From Eledone cirrhosa (taxonomy: Eukaryota): DNA of 64,000 nt. This document shows positions 41,201 to 55,339 of this stretch, piece after piece; within the stretch, counting starts at the first letter, position 1, and the number at the start of each line of letters is the position of its first letter. The DNA lies in NCBI GenBank assembly GCA_964016885.1, contig OZ024740.1, forward strand, positions 240,064,001 to 240,128,000, given 5' to 3'. Below the pieces are notes generated by a model. That model searched no databases and was not told the DNA's origin. It saw only the letters and a program-made list of their open reading frames with translations. The position numbers and the translations under genes are program-made.

Positions 41201-41690
41201 CTGGAGACACGATGTGATGGGCAGGGTGATCCACTGGCACCTGTGCAAAGTAAACAATCTACCACATTCTGAGAAATGGTATGAGCATAGGCCAGAGGCG
41301 GTGATGGAGAACAATCAGGTGAAGGTGCTGTGGGATTTTAGGATACAGACGGACAAAAAACTGGAACACAATAGACCTGACCTGGTGGTTGTGGACAAAG
41401 AAAAAAGATCGTGCCTGATTGTGGATGTGGCCTGCCCGTTCGACACGAGAGTGCAAGAGAAGGAGAGGGAGAAAATTAACCGATACCAGGACCTAAAGTG
41501 GGAGGTGAAAAGGATTTGGAACTGCCATGAAGTCAAAGTGATCCCGATTGTCATAGGCGCACTGGGGACTATCTCCAAAAGTTTCCAGGGATGGTTAAAG
41601 AAAATCGGCCCCTTCACGCTTTTTGGAACGCTTCAAAAGGCATGCTTGCTTGGAACAGCAAGAACCCTCCGATACGTCCTGAATATCTGA
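38298..41690 (+). CDS. Intact R4/Dong-clade non-LTR retrotransposon ORF (Myb-like N-terminus, reverse transcriptase, zinc knuckle, restriction-like endonuclease)
   Basis: 1130 aa uninterrupted; KSPGPDG, NYRPITCL, GIFQGDSLSPLLF, LFMDDLK, CRICGEREETVAHIVSEC, RHD, RPDLVV..IVDVACP..KINRY; ~75-bp 3' UTR then (AAC/AAT)n tail 41765-41806. Confidence 0.95.
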   Translation: METRTSCDRLSPNRCPLAQQQEPDCQPNTADVGGRRRRKGARTNWTKELNRTVMQCYLKSNPKERGYRRRMHNIWNEIGLFKLDEQKLAGQARVIRTNGWISELELEELSRENGLEMAGVVCQTSEPVGNEGEEVLRTEEPPEADNDLNTEINNTWNRDTATEEMNADGLGQDSVDILNLVVDELNNDSGRPMNLRFVDRKKLKETTAKVNKVIPYLEARSLHQCNNILKATANTVRKLLGIKARGNNRQERAEPWWKKRLSGQIGEMRNDIGKLESLLNGTLKNIGTKNRLEIKYKTRSKKLNIIIEELKQRIVAKSAKIRRYENRVSQYKQNRMFANNQKMLFGQLEGKERGNDLIPGAEQAKTFWRGIWEQDVRHNAQAGWIETVQREIGEKAQQQTDLSITVETLKGQAKKLTNWKSPGPDGVQGYWIKHLTSLHPKLTAMFNDCLVSGEVPEWLTKGTTVLIMKDRIKGNDVTNYRPITCLPVMWKLLTSIVSEEIYHHLHTNNLLPDEQKGCRKKSRGTKDQLLIDKMVMGNCRRRHTDLAMGWIDYRKAFDMVPHSWITKSLEVFRVADNIRQLLGRSMGSWETELTSTGVSLGSVKIKRGIFQGDSLSPLLFVLALMPLTIMLRKVRAGYKLGRGELTINHLLFMDDLKLFGKSEKELDVLVDTVSIFSSDICMQFGIGKCGVIVMKRGRLSRSNGIQIPTGEMIKEIDSEEGYKYLGVLEADGIKNKKMKELLRTEYIRRVRSVLKSHLNSRNAISAVNSRAVSIIRYSAGILRWNVAEQKEMDRKTRKLLTIYNMFHKRSDVDRLYLRRSEGGRGLISIEDCVQMEKNNLYKYVTYSKEPMLRTVLKEGTVGQVMSKEEITSRRKSSLKGKSLHSTFFEKTEFRDPQTWNWLRRGDLKKATEGMLMAAQEQALKTKWLKHHIYKEEASPLCRICGEREETVAHIVSECKHLAQTHYKGWRHDVMGRVIHWHLCKVNNLPHSEKWYEHRPEAVMENNQVKVLWDFRIQTDKKLEHNRPDLVVVDKEKRSCLIVDVACPFDTRVQEKEREKINRYQDLKWEVKRIWNCHEVKVIPIVIGALGTISKSFQGWLKKIGPFTLFGTLQKACLLGTARTLRYVLNI

Positions 41691-41806
41691 GGCTGCAGGT
41701 AGTGGCTTGATATTCAATCCAACGGACTTTCCAGTTAACCAACATCAATGACTGAGATTCAAGGAATAACAATAACAATAATAATAATAATAATAATAAT
41801 GATAAT

Positions 41807-42065
41807 ATTTATAGTTATGTATACACTATATACAACTATAAACAGGAAAGGTCAGTAATTACTACCAGTAATTACTACCAGTAAGAAAAATATCTCAATG
41901 TAAATACATCAGATGTTTTACAGAGCAGGAATATAAATTATACAAAAATCAAAGTTATGTTCAAATCATTTTATTGCTGACAATCGTTTCTTCCAAACTT
42001 TCGTTTGGAGTCATCGGAACACTAGCAATGTTTGTACATATAGTTAACCTCCTATTCAACTGAAT
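41807..42065 (-). mobile_element. PLE-terminal-repeat-like fragment with a CCGAUGA hammerhead (about 41975-42021)
   Basis: Reverse complement: gtt CCGATGA ctccaaac gaaa gtttggaa GAAAC gatt GTC agc; diverged relative at 52840-53098. Confidence 0.65.
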
Positions 42066-42537
42066 AATCATGTAGATACATTTTAACCAATCATGTAGAT
42101 ACATTTTAACCACTCTCAATAACTACTCTCAATAATCTTATTATGTTTAAATCTCTTCGCACATTTTTACTTATTAATTTTCATATTTTGTATTATTTTG
42201 TATCATCCTCGATGTAACTTGTTTATTTATTTACATTTATTCATGTATTAACATTTATTCATTTATTGTTGATCTCATTATTTTCCCTCTATTTTTCTCT
42301 ACCTTTATTTGTCCTTTCTCTTTTTCTCTCCTCTTTCTCTCCTCTTTCTCTCCTCCTTTCTCTATGTCTTTTTTTCTCTCTATATCTTTCTGTTTTCTCC
42401 TTTTTCTTTTTCCTTTTTCTTTTTTCTTTTTCATTCTTTCTTTTATCTATCTCTCTTTCTTTTTTTCTCTCTCTATCTTTATTATTAATATTATTAATGA
42501 TGTAATTTGAATTTGTAAATTTACCGGTTATATTGTA

Positions 42538-42647
42538 GTTATCTCCGATGATCTGGTTAAGTTAACATCGTATTTGAAATTGAGTGGCACTGCTTCTAGT
42601 GTTCAGCAATTTTTAGACAATTTAATCAGTGAAACAATTGTCAGACT
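42538..42647 (+). ncRNA. Type I hammerhead-like motif, CCGAUGA core, long stem II
   Basis: tct CCGATGA t-ctggttaa...ttaatcag-t GAAAC aatt GTC aga; AATAAA follows. Confidence 0.55.
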
Positions 42648-42866
42648 GTAAATAAATCCCTTTTTTTGTACTGTTGACCATGTTCTTCTTCACTTTTTCA
42701 ATTTTATTACTCTAAGATAAACTTACATAGCAATACAAGTGAAATCATAAACTCGCCACCTACGTAAACCTCTTGCTGAGTCAAACAACGTCGTACGCTA
42801 AAACTATACATAATAATAAGTATTCACAACCTCTAACTGGATTACCTATAACGATATTTTGTTATC

Positions 42867-42938
<72 letters not shown>

Positions 42939-42997
42939 TATTAATTTAACAATGAAAATAATAACAACAAAGTCGAGTTATTTTACCTATTCATATC

Positions 42998-43123
42998 ATT
43001 GTTTTACGATCGTTTCGGAGGGTTGATCATATTGACATATTGACTGATCTATAGCAGTTATATAACTGTGTACTATCAGACATCATATATAGGTTCGATC
43101 ATACCGTCTTCTTCGGAAACAAT
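42998..43123 (-). ncRNA. Type I hammerhead-like motif, CCGAAGA core
   Basis: Reverse complement: attgttt CCGAAGA agacggt...accctcc GAAAC gatc GTA aaacaat; perfect 7-bp stem I, palindromic stem III. Confidence 0.65.
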
Positions 43124-43413
43124 CATTGTTTCCGAGAGAGGGGGAGAGAGAGATGTAAAAATTCCGACTGCGTGCGCATATATATATATATATATGTGTG
43201 CGTGTGTGTGTGTGTGTGCACGGGTGTATGTATGTGTGCGTGCGTGTGTGTGAGTGTGTATGTGCGTATGATAGGTGATATTTACAGGACTGGTTTTATT
43301 CCGTGATGAAATCATCAGAAACTCTCTCTCTCCCTCTCTCTTTCTCTCTCTCTCTCTTATACACGCGCATACATACGCGCGCACAAACATACACCCACAC
43401 GTACACATGCACG

Positions 43414-43988
<575 letters not shown>

Positions 43989-44095
43989 AAAGAAAGATAT
44001 ATATATATATATATATATATATAATAAAAGAAAAAAATGTTCGCTCTACATGGCTGAATACAATAAATGTAATCTGAGTTTTTCCAATATTAATA

Positions 44096-44280
44096 ATTGT
44101 TTCTATTATTGGCACAAGGCCAGCAATTACCCAGTATATTACTGGTACTTTATTTTATCGACCCCGTAAGGATGAAAGGCAAAGTTAACCTCGGCGGGAT
44201 TTGAACTCAGAATTGCAAGGGCCGTAACTCTATGCGTCAAAGCATGGCGTCCGACTCTCTACCGATACTGCCAATTCACC
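44096..44280 (-). mobile_element. tRNA-derived SINE
   Basis: Reverse-complement match to the 1061 family. Confidence 0.9.
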
Positions 44281-44289
44281 TCAAGCCTC

Positions 44290-44600
44290 ATTTTTATAGC
44301 CATGTCAGTAGAATGAACCCTTCATTCTTGCTCTTGTGTTGGCATGCAAACAGAACTGCAGACACTAATGATATGCAAATCTGGCTGATCAGTGGATCTG
44401 CTAATATGCAGATCTGACTGATCAGCCAGTCTGTTAATATGCAAATCAGGCTGATCAGTCAATGTATATTTTAGAGCTTTGGCAGTTGGCAGGTGAACAG
44501 TGAGCCGTACTGATGAAGGGTGAGACCCTGATACCTGTTTACATGCCAATACAAGAGCAAGAATGAAGGGTTCATTCTACTGGCATGGCTATAAAAATTA
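44290..44600. mobile_element. Fold-back element with internal short tandem repeats and a degenerate hammerhead
   Basis: Arms about 44290-44353 and 44535-44599; aatatgca(g/a)atc..ctgatcag three times; CTGATGA agggt gag accct GATAC at about 44510. Confidence 0.65.
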
Positions 44601-44639
44601 GGGTTGTTTGTATAATTTCAAACAAATCCAATGTTATTA

Positions 44640-44677
<38 letters not shown>

Positions 44678-44679
44678 CT

Positions 44680-46310
44680 ATATTCACACATATTCATCAG
44701 GCAGTGACGGTCCGCAAAATCAAAGGCCTCCTGAAGTCAATGAAAACCATGACAGCATGCTCTAGCTTCTTCTAAAATTATCCACAGCATCAAGATGTGA
44801 CTGATGGTTGATATTCCCTCTCTGAAGCCGTTCTGGTTGTCCCTGAGCTTCTTCTCCATCTTGGACTGGATCCTGTTAACAATCATCCTGTTGAGGGTCT
44901 CTGCCACAAGTGACGTTAGTGAGATCCTCCTGTAGTGGTTGGTGTTAGAGAGATCTCCCTTCTTTGCCACTGGGACGATGTAATAGATCCTCCACTGATT
45001 CTGGGCAACTCCTTTCTCCAGTGCCTATTTACAGAACTACTAGATGATATCATCAAAATCAGACCTCTTCATCACCTCTGATACCACTCCATCTTCTCCA
45101 TGGGCCTTCCCTCCTTGATCTTAACTAATATATATATATATAAATAGGCACTGGAAAAAGGAGAGGGAATATCAATCATCAGTCACATCTTGATGCTGAG
45201 GATATTTTTAGAAGGAGCTAGAGCATGCTGTCATGGTTTTAATTGACTTCAGGAGGCCTTTGATTTTACGGACCGTCACTGTCTGATGAATATTTTACAT
45301 GTTTATGGAATCCCCAAGAAGATAGTGAACCTGATATCACTGCTCTACACCAACACCAGAGCCTAAGTCATTACACCTGACGGGAAGGCGGAATTCTTTG
45401 AGATACTGGCTGGAGTACTCCAGGGAGATACATTGGCTCCCTACATTTTAATTATCGCATTGGGCTATTGTATGCGCCTTGAACTGGAGAAACCTCAGGA
45501 CTCGGGCTTTACTGTAACACTGGCACGAGAGTTAAGGCTAAAAAGATATCAAAGACTGGATTTGCTGACGACATAGTTCTGGTGAAAAACACAGTAAAGG
45601 AGGCAGAAGTGTTGATGCAGGGAGTGGAAACTGTGTCGATGAGAGTGAGGCTGAGAATGAATGAGAGTAAGACAAAGTATCTGGTAGAGAACGTTAAGAA
45701 GCCAGAGAAGATTATGAATGTAGGCAGGAAGCCGCTAGAGGTGGTTTAGGACTTCCTGTATCTGGGACCAAAGATTGGGAACACAAAGGATGATGTGGTG
45801 GAGAGGAAGAGAAAAGCCTGGGCGGCGTGCCACAGTTTGAGGTCGGTGTGCAAGTCGGACCTTCGTAAAAACCTGAAGATCCCTCTCTTTGTCGCTACAG
45901 TGCTGTACGGGTCTGGGACTTAGACATTAACCAATAGACTCACTCAGATGGTGGATCGGTACTACACGAGAATACTGAGGCTGGCTCTGAACATTAATCA
46001 GTATAAGCTGAAGATGTAGTACTCAGAGCTATACAGTAGACTCTCAAAAGTTAGCTTGAAAGTAAGAGACAGAGGAGATTGAGGTTAGCTGGACATGCTC
46101 ACTGATATTCAGAGTTGACACTGTACTCAGTGGTCCTGTGGGAGCCCCTACACGGACACACTAGAAGGGACAGACCGAGGATGACATATATTGATGCCCT
46201 AAGGACAAACAATGGTCTCTGGGAGACGCAGGACATGGCGGCGATGATGAAAGACAGAGACTGCTCGAGAGAACTCGTCCATGGATCTCGGGAATTTTAT
46301 CCACGCTAGA
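44680..46310 (+). pseudogene. Decayed RTE-clade LINE with a 5' inversion
   Basis: Plus-strand RT pieces GVLQGDTLAPYIL and GFADDIVL (45160-46310); minus-strand KKGDLS..NHYRRISL..QNGFR (44680-45120); the two parts overlap by ~145 bp. Confidence 0.8.
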
Positions 46311-46454
46311 TATGTTAGTTCAGTGTCTAACAACAGTTACAGACGACGCGCAGTTCGAAGCACTCGATGCTGTTACAAGGTCCGTTTCGTTTGGGTTGTA
46401 TTCCAGTTACGGCTGTAGTGTGCAGAGTGTAAATAGATTTGAAAGAGTCGAAGT

Positions 46455-46745
46455 CAGTGTTGCAGCATATGTACAAACTTTATTTGCTTATTACAATTGT
46501 TTCGATATGGATCACCATGGTACAATCAAGGTGACGGGATCCGACTCTTTTTCGACATCTCATTAGATATGCGAGCTTATATGTGCGAAGACACAGTTTA
46601 GATGTATCTTCACACATATAAGCTCGCATATCTGATGAGATGTCGAAAGATAGGCGGGCCTCGTCACCTTGCTTGTAACCTCAGCCGAACCATATCGAAA
46701 CAATTGTAATATGCAAATAAATGTTGTACATATGCTACGACACTG
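46455..46745. mobile_element. Diverged fold-back element containing a hammerhead
   Basis: Arms about 46455-46595 and 46603-46745, imperfect reverse complements. Confidence 0.7.
46626..46714 (+). ncRNA. Type I hammerhead ribozyme, canonical core
   Basis: gcatat CTGATGA gatgt...atatc GAAAC aatt GTA atatgc; then AATAAA. Confidence 0.75.
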
Positions 46746-47812
46746 CCGGAACCTATCCCAGTTTCATTGGCGTCAAGCAACTGTGTGTAGAAGACTCCAC
46801 GCCTGGGAATAACACCTGTTTATTGTTGAGTACCCTCCCCCAGTTGCTCCTAGTACTCGTTTTCATGTGAGTTGAGAGGAGCAGGGAGATATGAAGTCTT
46901 TTTCTCAAGAACACCACCCTATCCAGAAATCAAGCCGAAGAAATTATGATTGTAAGCCTAACACCTTTACCACTAACAGGTTTAGTAGTATATATAATCT
47001 ATTACATATATAAACATATGGCATATATATACGTATATTCTGACGTGTTGCACGAGTATACTTTTATAACGATTTATGCAAATATTTAACACTGATTCAT
47101 AAAACCTATGAAAATATGTTGATATACATTCTAAAGTGTGTGCGTGTATGAATGTGCGTTTGTGTGTGCGTGAGAGAGAGAGAGAGAAAGAAAGTGTGTG
47201 TGTTTGTGAGTGCGTGTGTGTGTGTGTGCGTGTATGTGTGTGTGGGTGCGCGTGGGTGTGTGCGTTTGCGCGCGCGTTGCTGTGTGTGTGCATTTGTTTA
47301 TGCGTGTGTGTGTGTACGAGGGACGATTCTCTGTGTGTAGATGTAGATAATGCTATTCTTTTGCCGTATGCGTTGAATTACATCTTGTCTGACAGGTTGT
47401 TTATTAGAAATGTAAGAGCCAGAGGAAGGTTTTTTATGTATATAGTTAATTAGCATGTATTCTTTCGTGATGTATGCATTTGCCTACAGCAATTTATAAT
47501 CAGTGCATATCTGTTTAGAATCCCACCTGTAAAGAATAATAGCAATGTTCGTTTAATTATTCCTATAACCTTTTGTGCCAGCGGTGGAAAAGACGAGAAC
47601 ATATATTACTAGATTTGCTTTAGCTTCCGGCCATACCTGTAGGTATATATGCATGCGAATTGTCATATAAAGTTTAGAATTAGCATTAATATGCTTAGTT
47701 GCTGAATAATTAGATGTGTGTGTGTGTGTGTCTCTCTCTGTGTGTGTACGTGTGTACCTGTGTCTGTTTATGTATATCTATGTATATATAAATATCTACA
47801 TATATTTACGTG

Positions 47813-47844
<32 letters not shown>

Positions 47845-47849
<5 letters not shown>

Positions 47850-48431
47850 AAATATAGAGAAAAATACTGCAGGTAGCACATGGATAACATGTAATAAAAT
47901 GAGTCCCCCATCAGTGATTTGCCGACGATCATCGATATTTCATTGCATTAAAAATCATATACCTCACGTCGGTGCAATAATAACCAAAATAAGTTATTAG
48001 GACAATTGAAACGCGTAAAGCGAGTGAGACAGGAGAACAACACAGAGTATAGCTAACCGTAGGGGAAAGAAACAAGCTTCAAAATTATTCTGTTTAGCAT
48101 AAGCTAGGTGAATATATGAGCGCTTTTAGAAAACAGACCTGACACGAACTCTGGCCATGTGAGAAGAGAGAAAAATAGCCTTCGTGGTGTACAGGATGAA
48201 ATGAAGAGAAGAGAAACAGTGAGTGAGTGAAAGTGTGAGGAAGAGTTAACTGACATGACAGAGGGGGAGAAACAGAGAGAGCAGTAAGAGAGAGAGAGAA
48301 AAAAACACAGAATCGCAGTGGTAAATATATGTAATAAAATATAGAGAAAAATACTGCAGGTAGCACATGGATAACATGTAATAAAATGAGTCCCTCATCA
48401 GTGATTTGCCGACGATCATCGATATTTCATT
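47845..48431. repeat. Partial tandem repeat with ~98-bp direct terminal repeats
   Basis: taataaaatatagagaaaaatactgcagg...gatatttcatt at about 47845 and 48332; flanked by (TA)n. Confidence 0.8.
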
Positions 48432-48440
48432 ATATATATA

Positions 48441-48600
48441 TAATGTATAATAAACAATACAATATAATTACCTCATTACCAGAGGTTTCCCGAATAAGAC
48501 GAATACGAAAAACGTCCTCATTCGTTCGTCGGACAAGGCAATACATAGAGCACTCTTCACTCCTATGACTGTTTCAATTTTCAACGGAAACTTCAATACT

Positions 48601-48601
<1 letters not shown>
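48441..48601 (-). mobile_element. Solo terminal repeat of the Naiad-like PLE family, with CCGACGA hammerhead
   Basis: 48441-48541 matches 23540-23640; 48542-48601 is approximately the reverse complement of 23464-23523. Confidence 0.85.
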
Positions 48602-48634
<33 letters not shown>

Positions 48635-48792
48635 TTAGAAACACACAGATACATGCGGACACACACATATATACATGAATGCATCCGCACCCAACTGTGA
48701 GTTAAGGGTGCCAACTTCACCGATGTTGCTCAATGAATGACTGGGACAGACCAATTTAGTTGAACTAGACTGAACCAGTATCAGAGTTAAAA

Positions 48793-49265
48793 ATACATTA
48801 TGAAGAGAGAAGAAACATTTAGATATAATTAGTAATAAAATGTATCATACCTAAACTGCTCCTAAATTCCTCGACTACGTAGTTTCGTGGCATAAACAAA
48901 AACAATATATCATAAAGATATAGAGTCCTTGCGAGGTCTGCCGACTTATCAAGAGGATACCTCATTTTACTAGTCTCAAGAACGCGTCTACACGACGTGA
49001 GAAAGAATCCCAAAAGGCGGAGGGGGAGATAGTCACGCGATATAACGGTCGAGAAATTCTTTCTCACGTCGTGTAGACGCGTTCTTGAGACTAGTAAAAT
49101 GAGGTATCCTCTTGATAAGTCGGCAGACCTCGCAAGGACTCTATATCTTTATGATATATTGTTTTTGTTTATGCCACGAAACTACGTAGTCGAGGAATTT
49201 GGGAGCAGTTTAGGTATGATACATTTTATTACTAATTATATCTAAATGTTTCTTCTCTCTTCATA

Positions 49266-49271
<6 letters not shown>
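48793..49271. mobile_element. Young near-perfect fold-back element (215-bp arms)
   Basis: Arms about 48793-49008 and 49056-49271; a fragment of the same family lies at 23214-23290. Confidence 0.9.
49107..49196 (+). ncRNA. Type I hammerhead, intact UUGAUAA (U3-A8) core; mirror copy at 48868-48957 on the minus strand
   Basis: tcctc TTGATAA gtcggca...tgccac GAAAC tacgta GTC gagga; all stems pair, stem III palindromic ACTACGTAGT. Confidence 0.75.
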
Positions 49272-49311
<40 letters not shown>

Positions 49312-49699
49312 TATCTGGGTATCTATTGATAAACACAGAAAATTAATTAACTCACTACTAATTAATTAATTATTTCACTATTATACCATCCTTTGTGAAA
49401 CATGTTTAAAGTTTGAAGTTCTGACCGATCTGCGGTAAAAGTTTGTATTTTGAAATTTAAACGTGGCTAGGTACCAAGGCCTTTTGCCCATATGGGTTTG
49501 TGAGTATTGATTTATTATTTTTTAGATCGACACAGGCAAACTATATGTATTTGAATTAAGATATTTAATTCTAACTATTTTATTTGTCAATTGCAACTAA
49601 AACATGTAAATGTTTATCATATATTAATTTATACTGCTCAGAAGTGATTCTTAGAGCTGAAATAATTGTAAATGACCCCATTGAGTGTAAACTCTAAGT

Positions 49700-49769
<70 letters not shown>

Positions 49770-49969
49770 ATCTATACACATACATCTCAATAACAATTAG
49801 CTCATGCTTTGCATCATATGTTGCTTGTTAGAGATGCTTTGGGGAAGAAATAAAGATTTCAGACCTACCTAAGCTAGAGGGCGTTTTATCGGTAACCACT
49901 TCGTCTCGTTTTCATTCATAGAGTGTATAGCACTACAGTATCTAATACGTTCTATCTTGCTTTGATAAT

Positions 49970-50150
49970 GATTTCTACTATAGGTACAATGCCTGCAATT
50001 TTGGGGGAGGGGAAAGTCGATTGAATCGACCCCAGTGCATTACTGGTACTTTATTATAACGATCCCGTAAGGCAAAGCTAACCTCGGCGTGATTATAAAG
50101 GGGCTTCAAAGCATGGTGTCCAACGCTCTACCGATACTGCCAATCCATCG
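49970..50150 (-). mobile_element. tRNA-derived SINE, internally deleted
   Basis: Reverse-complement match to the 19847-type copy. Confidence 0.8.
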
Positions 50151-51759
50151 CTCTAACCTTGATTTGATAATAGAGTGCCATTCGAAGAAAATGTTGTTCT
50201 TATTTCTAGATTGGATTAGTGACCATATTGAGGTTTCTTCGCTTACTTGTGAGAAGTTTAGCATCATATTTAGTGAGAGAAGTTATATAATTTTCTAGCA
50301 AAATTTACATTTTGAGTTTTCTTCTAATGTAGTTTCCTGAATTTTGAACATTCTTTGCTACATTTTATAAAATTAATCATATTTTTAATTATAATTTATT
50401 TTAGCCCGTCCAGTTTATTGAATTTTATAGACGAATTTATGTAATATCTGAATGCTTTATTTTGACGATTTTGAAAATCTATTTTGTAAATTTCATTAAA
50501 CTCGTTGATGCAAGAAATAAGTAATCACTATCCTAAATTGTATGTCACCTCCGTATAAACCCATTATCGCTCGTATTTTGATTATTTATAATTCAATGCA
50601 ATTTTATTTAGTATCGTGCCATATATTCCATTATTTCATAAATTTCCTCGTCGTATTCTCTATAAACAGTATATGTTACAGTTTTTATATTAACAACTGG
50701 TTAGTGATGATCAATGAGACCTAATATCAATTCCATTCTAGCCATCGACATCCTATTTTGTTTTCAGGCATAGTTATCAAATATATACATCTTTTCTAAG
50801 ACGTTAGAATAATTTGGATAATTAAACGTAATTCGGATAATTTTTCTTGTAAGAAGTGCTTTGTTATTATTTAACATTGCACTGACCATCATCGAGCCGA
50901 TCCATGACCAAATGCGCCCAATTGCTGATCATTAGGACATCATCTTTCCTTATTTTTTAAGGAACAATAGTGTGTGATTTTTGGGAGGTTTGGCTGAATT
51001 TTCCAGCAGATGTAGTGACCACATAGAAACTCCTCCACTGGCTTCTGTTTAGATTTATTTAGTGTGTACAATACACATTGAAACTTTACAATAATATACA
51101 CTGCGCAATTTTGTTTCGATGTTCAATAGGTTCTATAGTTGGATTCTGACTATTAAGTATTTTCTGCTATAGATATTAATCCTGTTAGCAAGACATGTAA
51201 GAATGACATTCTTACAATTTACATAAACTCATCACGTAGGAGCTATGTTTTTAAAATACACACCCAAAATATATATTAGCTTATCTTGTGAAAAATGTAT
51301 ATTTACGAATTTCCAATCTCTCTTTTAATCAGGCTGTTTTTAACAAGGTTTCCAATTGATTTCAAAGACTCATTTTAACTAAGCAGATATACAATAAAAT
51401 ATATACAGAAGTATACTCAGAAATAGAAAAATAACATAGTGACACTCACTTTTCAACCCCAAAGTCCAGTAGGAAAGATACTTTTCTTTTAAATTGCAAA
51501 GGTTGCATGAAATTATCATACTCAATAGCTTTCAATATCGGTATTTAATTATCAACTCCTAATCTCAGTATTTAATTATCAAATATAAACAGAATTAAAT
51601 TATAAGTCAATAATTCACATATTGTAATTGTGTAAACAAGGGATAATATCCCATAAAAAAACTGATGCATCATTAAAGTTAGCGTTTACCGTGTCATTGT
51701 AAATATGAATACTGTCTCTTAATCTTATATCAGATTAACATCGAAGACATTTAAAATAA

Positions 51760-51943
51760 TTATTTCTACTTTAGGCACAAGGCCAGCAATTACCCAGTGC
51801 ATTACTGGTACTTTATTTTATTGACCCCGTAAGGATGAAAGGCAAAGTCAACCTCGGCGGGATTTGAACTCAGATCGTAAAGGGACGTAACTATGCTGGA
51901 AAGCATGGCGTCCGACCCTCTACCGATACTGCCAATCCACCGC
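51760..51943 (-). mobile_element. tRNA-derived SINE, young copy
   Basis: Near-identical reverse complement of the 1061 and 17957 copies. Confidence 0.9.
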
Positions 51944-52839
51944 AATATAATAATAATTATAATTAAATACACATATGGCATATCTATTATGACATATTAA
52001 CAGCTATATAATCCTTCATAACATATACCTTGTCCAGCAATGAATAGATAACAATCTAAAGAGACCTTTAATGTAAGATAGTAAAATACACTGTATTTAA
52101 AATCAGGTATAAATATACAGCGTTATGTAACAGAGATCCAATAGTATCACATTATATTGTGTATTAGAACAAAGAATTTTAATAACTGAATTGAACTTAA
52201 TTAGCTAGTTACCTCCCCTTATGCATTAGCTCCCCTTATTCACTTCCGGAAATTGACGATTGAAAGATTTAACGGTCGATCAAATATAGTCTATGAATAT
52301 GAATTCATTAAGACTAATTTACAATCCAGTATTTTAACTAACTTAAAACATTCAATATAAACATTAACTAAAATTTAATTCAACATATGTCATGGAAAAG
52401 TCTGCAAAAACTGTATTTTTCTCAACACACATAAATTCGAACACTATCAACATTCAGCATCCACCATAGAATATAATACATTAGCAGTACAGTATTTATT
52501 CATCTATATATGCATAATAGCTTTGCTTGTCTCCTTCTCATGTGTATGACTAACGCAGTTGCACTCTCCAAACGCCTGTATATGAATTGTTAATGCACAC
52601 TTCCTTTCTCAAAACCACTTTCTCAATCCCTCTTTAATGATTGGACTATTCTTTTGTTTTATCTGTTACATGTGTTCCACTCCATGCTTTTGATTTTAAT
52701 TTAATTTGAATTTGAATTTGAACTTGAATGTTTGTACAATTATTGTACAATTCTCGTAAAATATATGTCACATCCATTCCACCCTGTAAATGAGAAACTG
52801 TTGCTCACAACATCAATTTATATGTATCTATATTATTAT

Positions 52840-53098
52840 TCAGTTGAATAGGAGGTTAATTATATGTGCAAACATTGATAATGCTCCGATGATTCCAAAC
52901 GAGAATTGGAAGAAACGATTGTCAGGTATTAAATGATTTGAACACAACTTTGATAATTGTATAATTTATTTACTTTCCTGCTCTGTAAAACAACTGATGT
53001 TCATACATTGAGCTATTGCTCTTACTGGTAATAAGGTAATAAGAAATTACTGACCTTCCTGTGTACAGTTGTTTATACTATATACATAACTATAAATA
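52840..53098 (+). mobile_element. PLE-terminal-repeat-like fragment with a CCGAUGA hammerhead (about 52879-52930)
   Basis: atgct CCGATGA ttccaa acgagaa ttggaa GAAAC gatt GTC agg; homologous to 41807-42065. Confidence 0.65.
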
Positions 53099-53113
53099 GT
53101 ATTATTATTATTA

Positions 53114-54526
<1,413 letters not shown>

Positions 54527-54886
54527 GAAAAACGATTATATGAATATTAAACCAAAAAATTACTACTAACAAAATATTTTAATGAATATTTGAAAAACAG
54601 TCAATTACGTGAAGATTGACTGTATGAAATAATGATTTTAGGCTAATAATAGCCATATAAAGTATCCACTGCACAATCAGTTTTAGCGTCCAGCTCACTG
54701 TTCTTTAAAAAAAAATATTTCGAACGACTTCCTCGTTATTTTTTTTGTTTTGTTGTTAAGTTTGACATCCCTATCTTTTACATAATTGGTTTACTAATTA
54801 TCTAATCCCTCACTTATTTCTACACCCTCTCTTTTAACCTTATTTATTCTACAACATCACAACTCTCTCTCTCTCTTTCTCTCTCG

Positions 54887-54988
<102 letters not shown>

Positions 54989-55339
54989 CTGACTCATTCT
55001 CTCTTCACCCTGCCGTCTTCCTACAATCGCACACTGCTCTCTTAATTCCATACATTCTCAATAACCTTTCCACTCATTAACTCATAAATGATTATTAAGT
55101 AAATAGCCAATGTTTTTCAACTCAATTTAATACTGTTTAGGGTGATTTGGAAGATAAAACTGTATTTGAATAGTATTAGTGACTTTATTCTGTTATCCTT
55201 CATTTACGAAACTATAACTCTCCTTCCACTATTAAATACTTGCAAAGCAGAGTCACGTACAGTTTTATATGTATGTATGCATGTTATCTCTTTCTCTTAA
55301 TTTCGAGTATATTTTTTTGACCGGCCACCTTCCTGGTGG

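Noticed and set aside
38328-41617. Minus-strand ORFs across the Dong element
   Set aside because: Antisense shadows of the real ORF with no recognisable motifs
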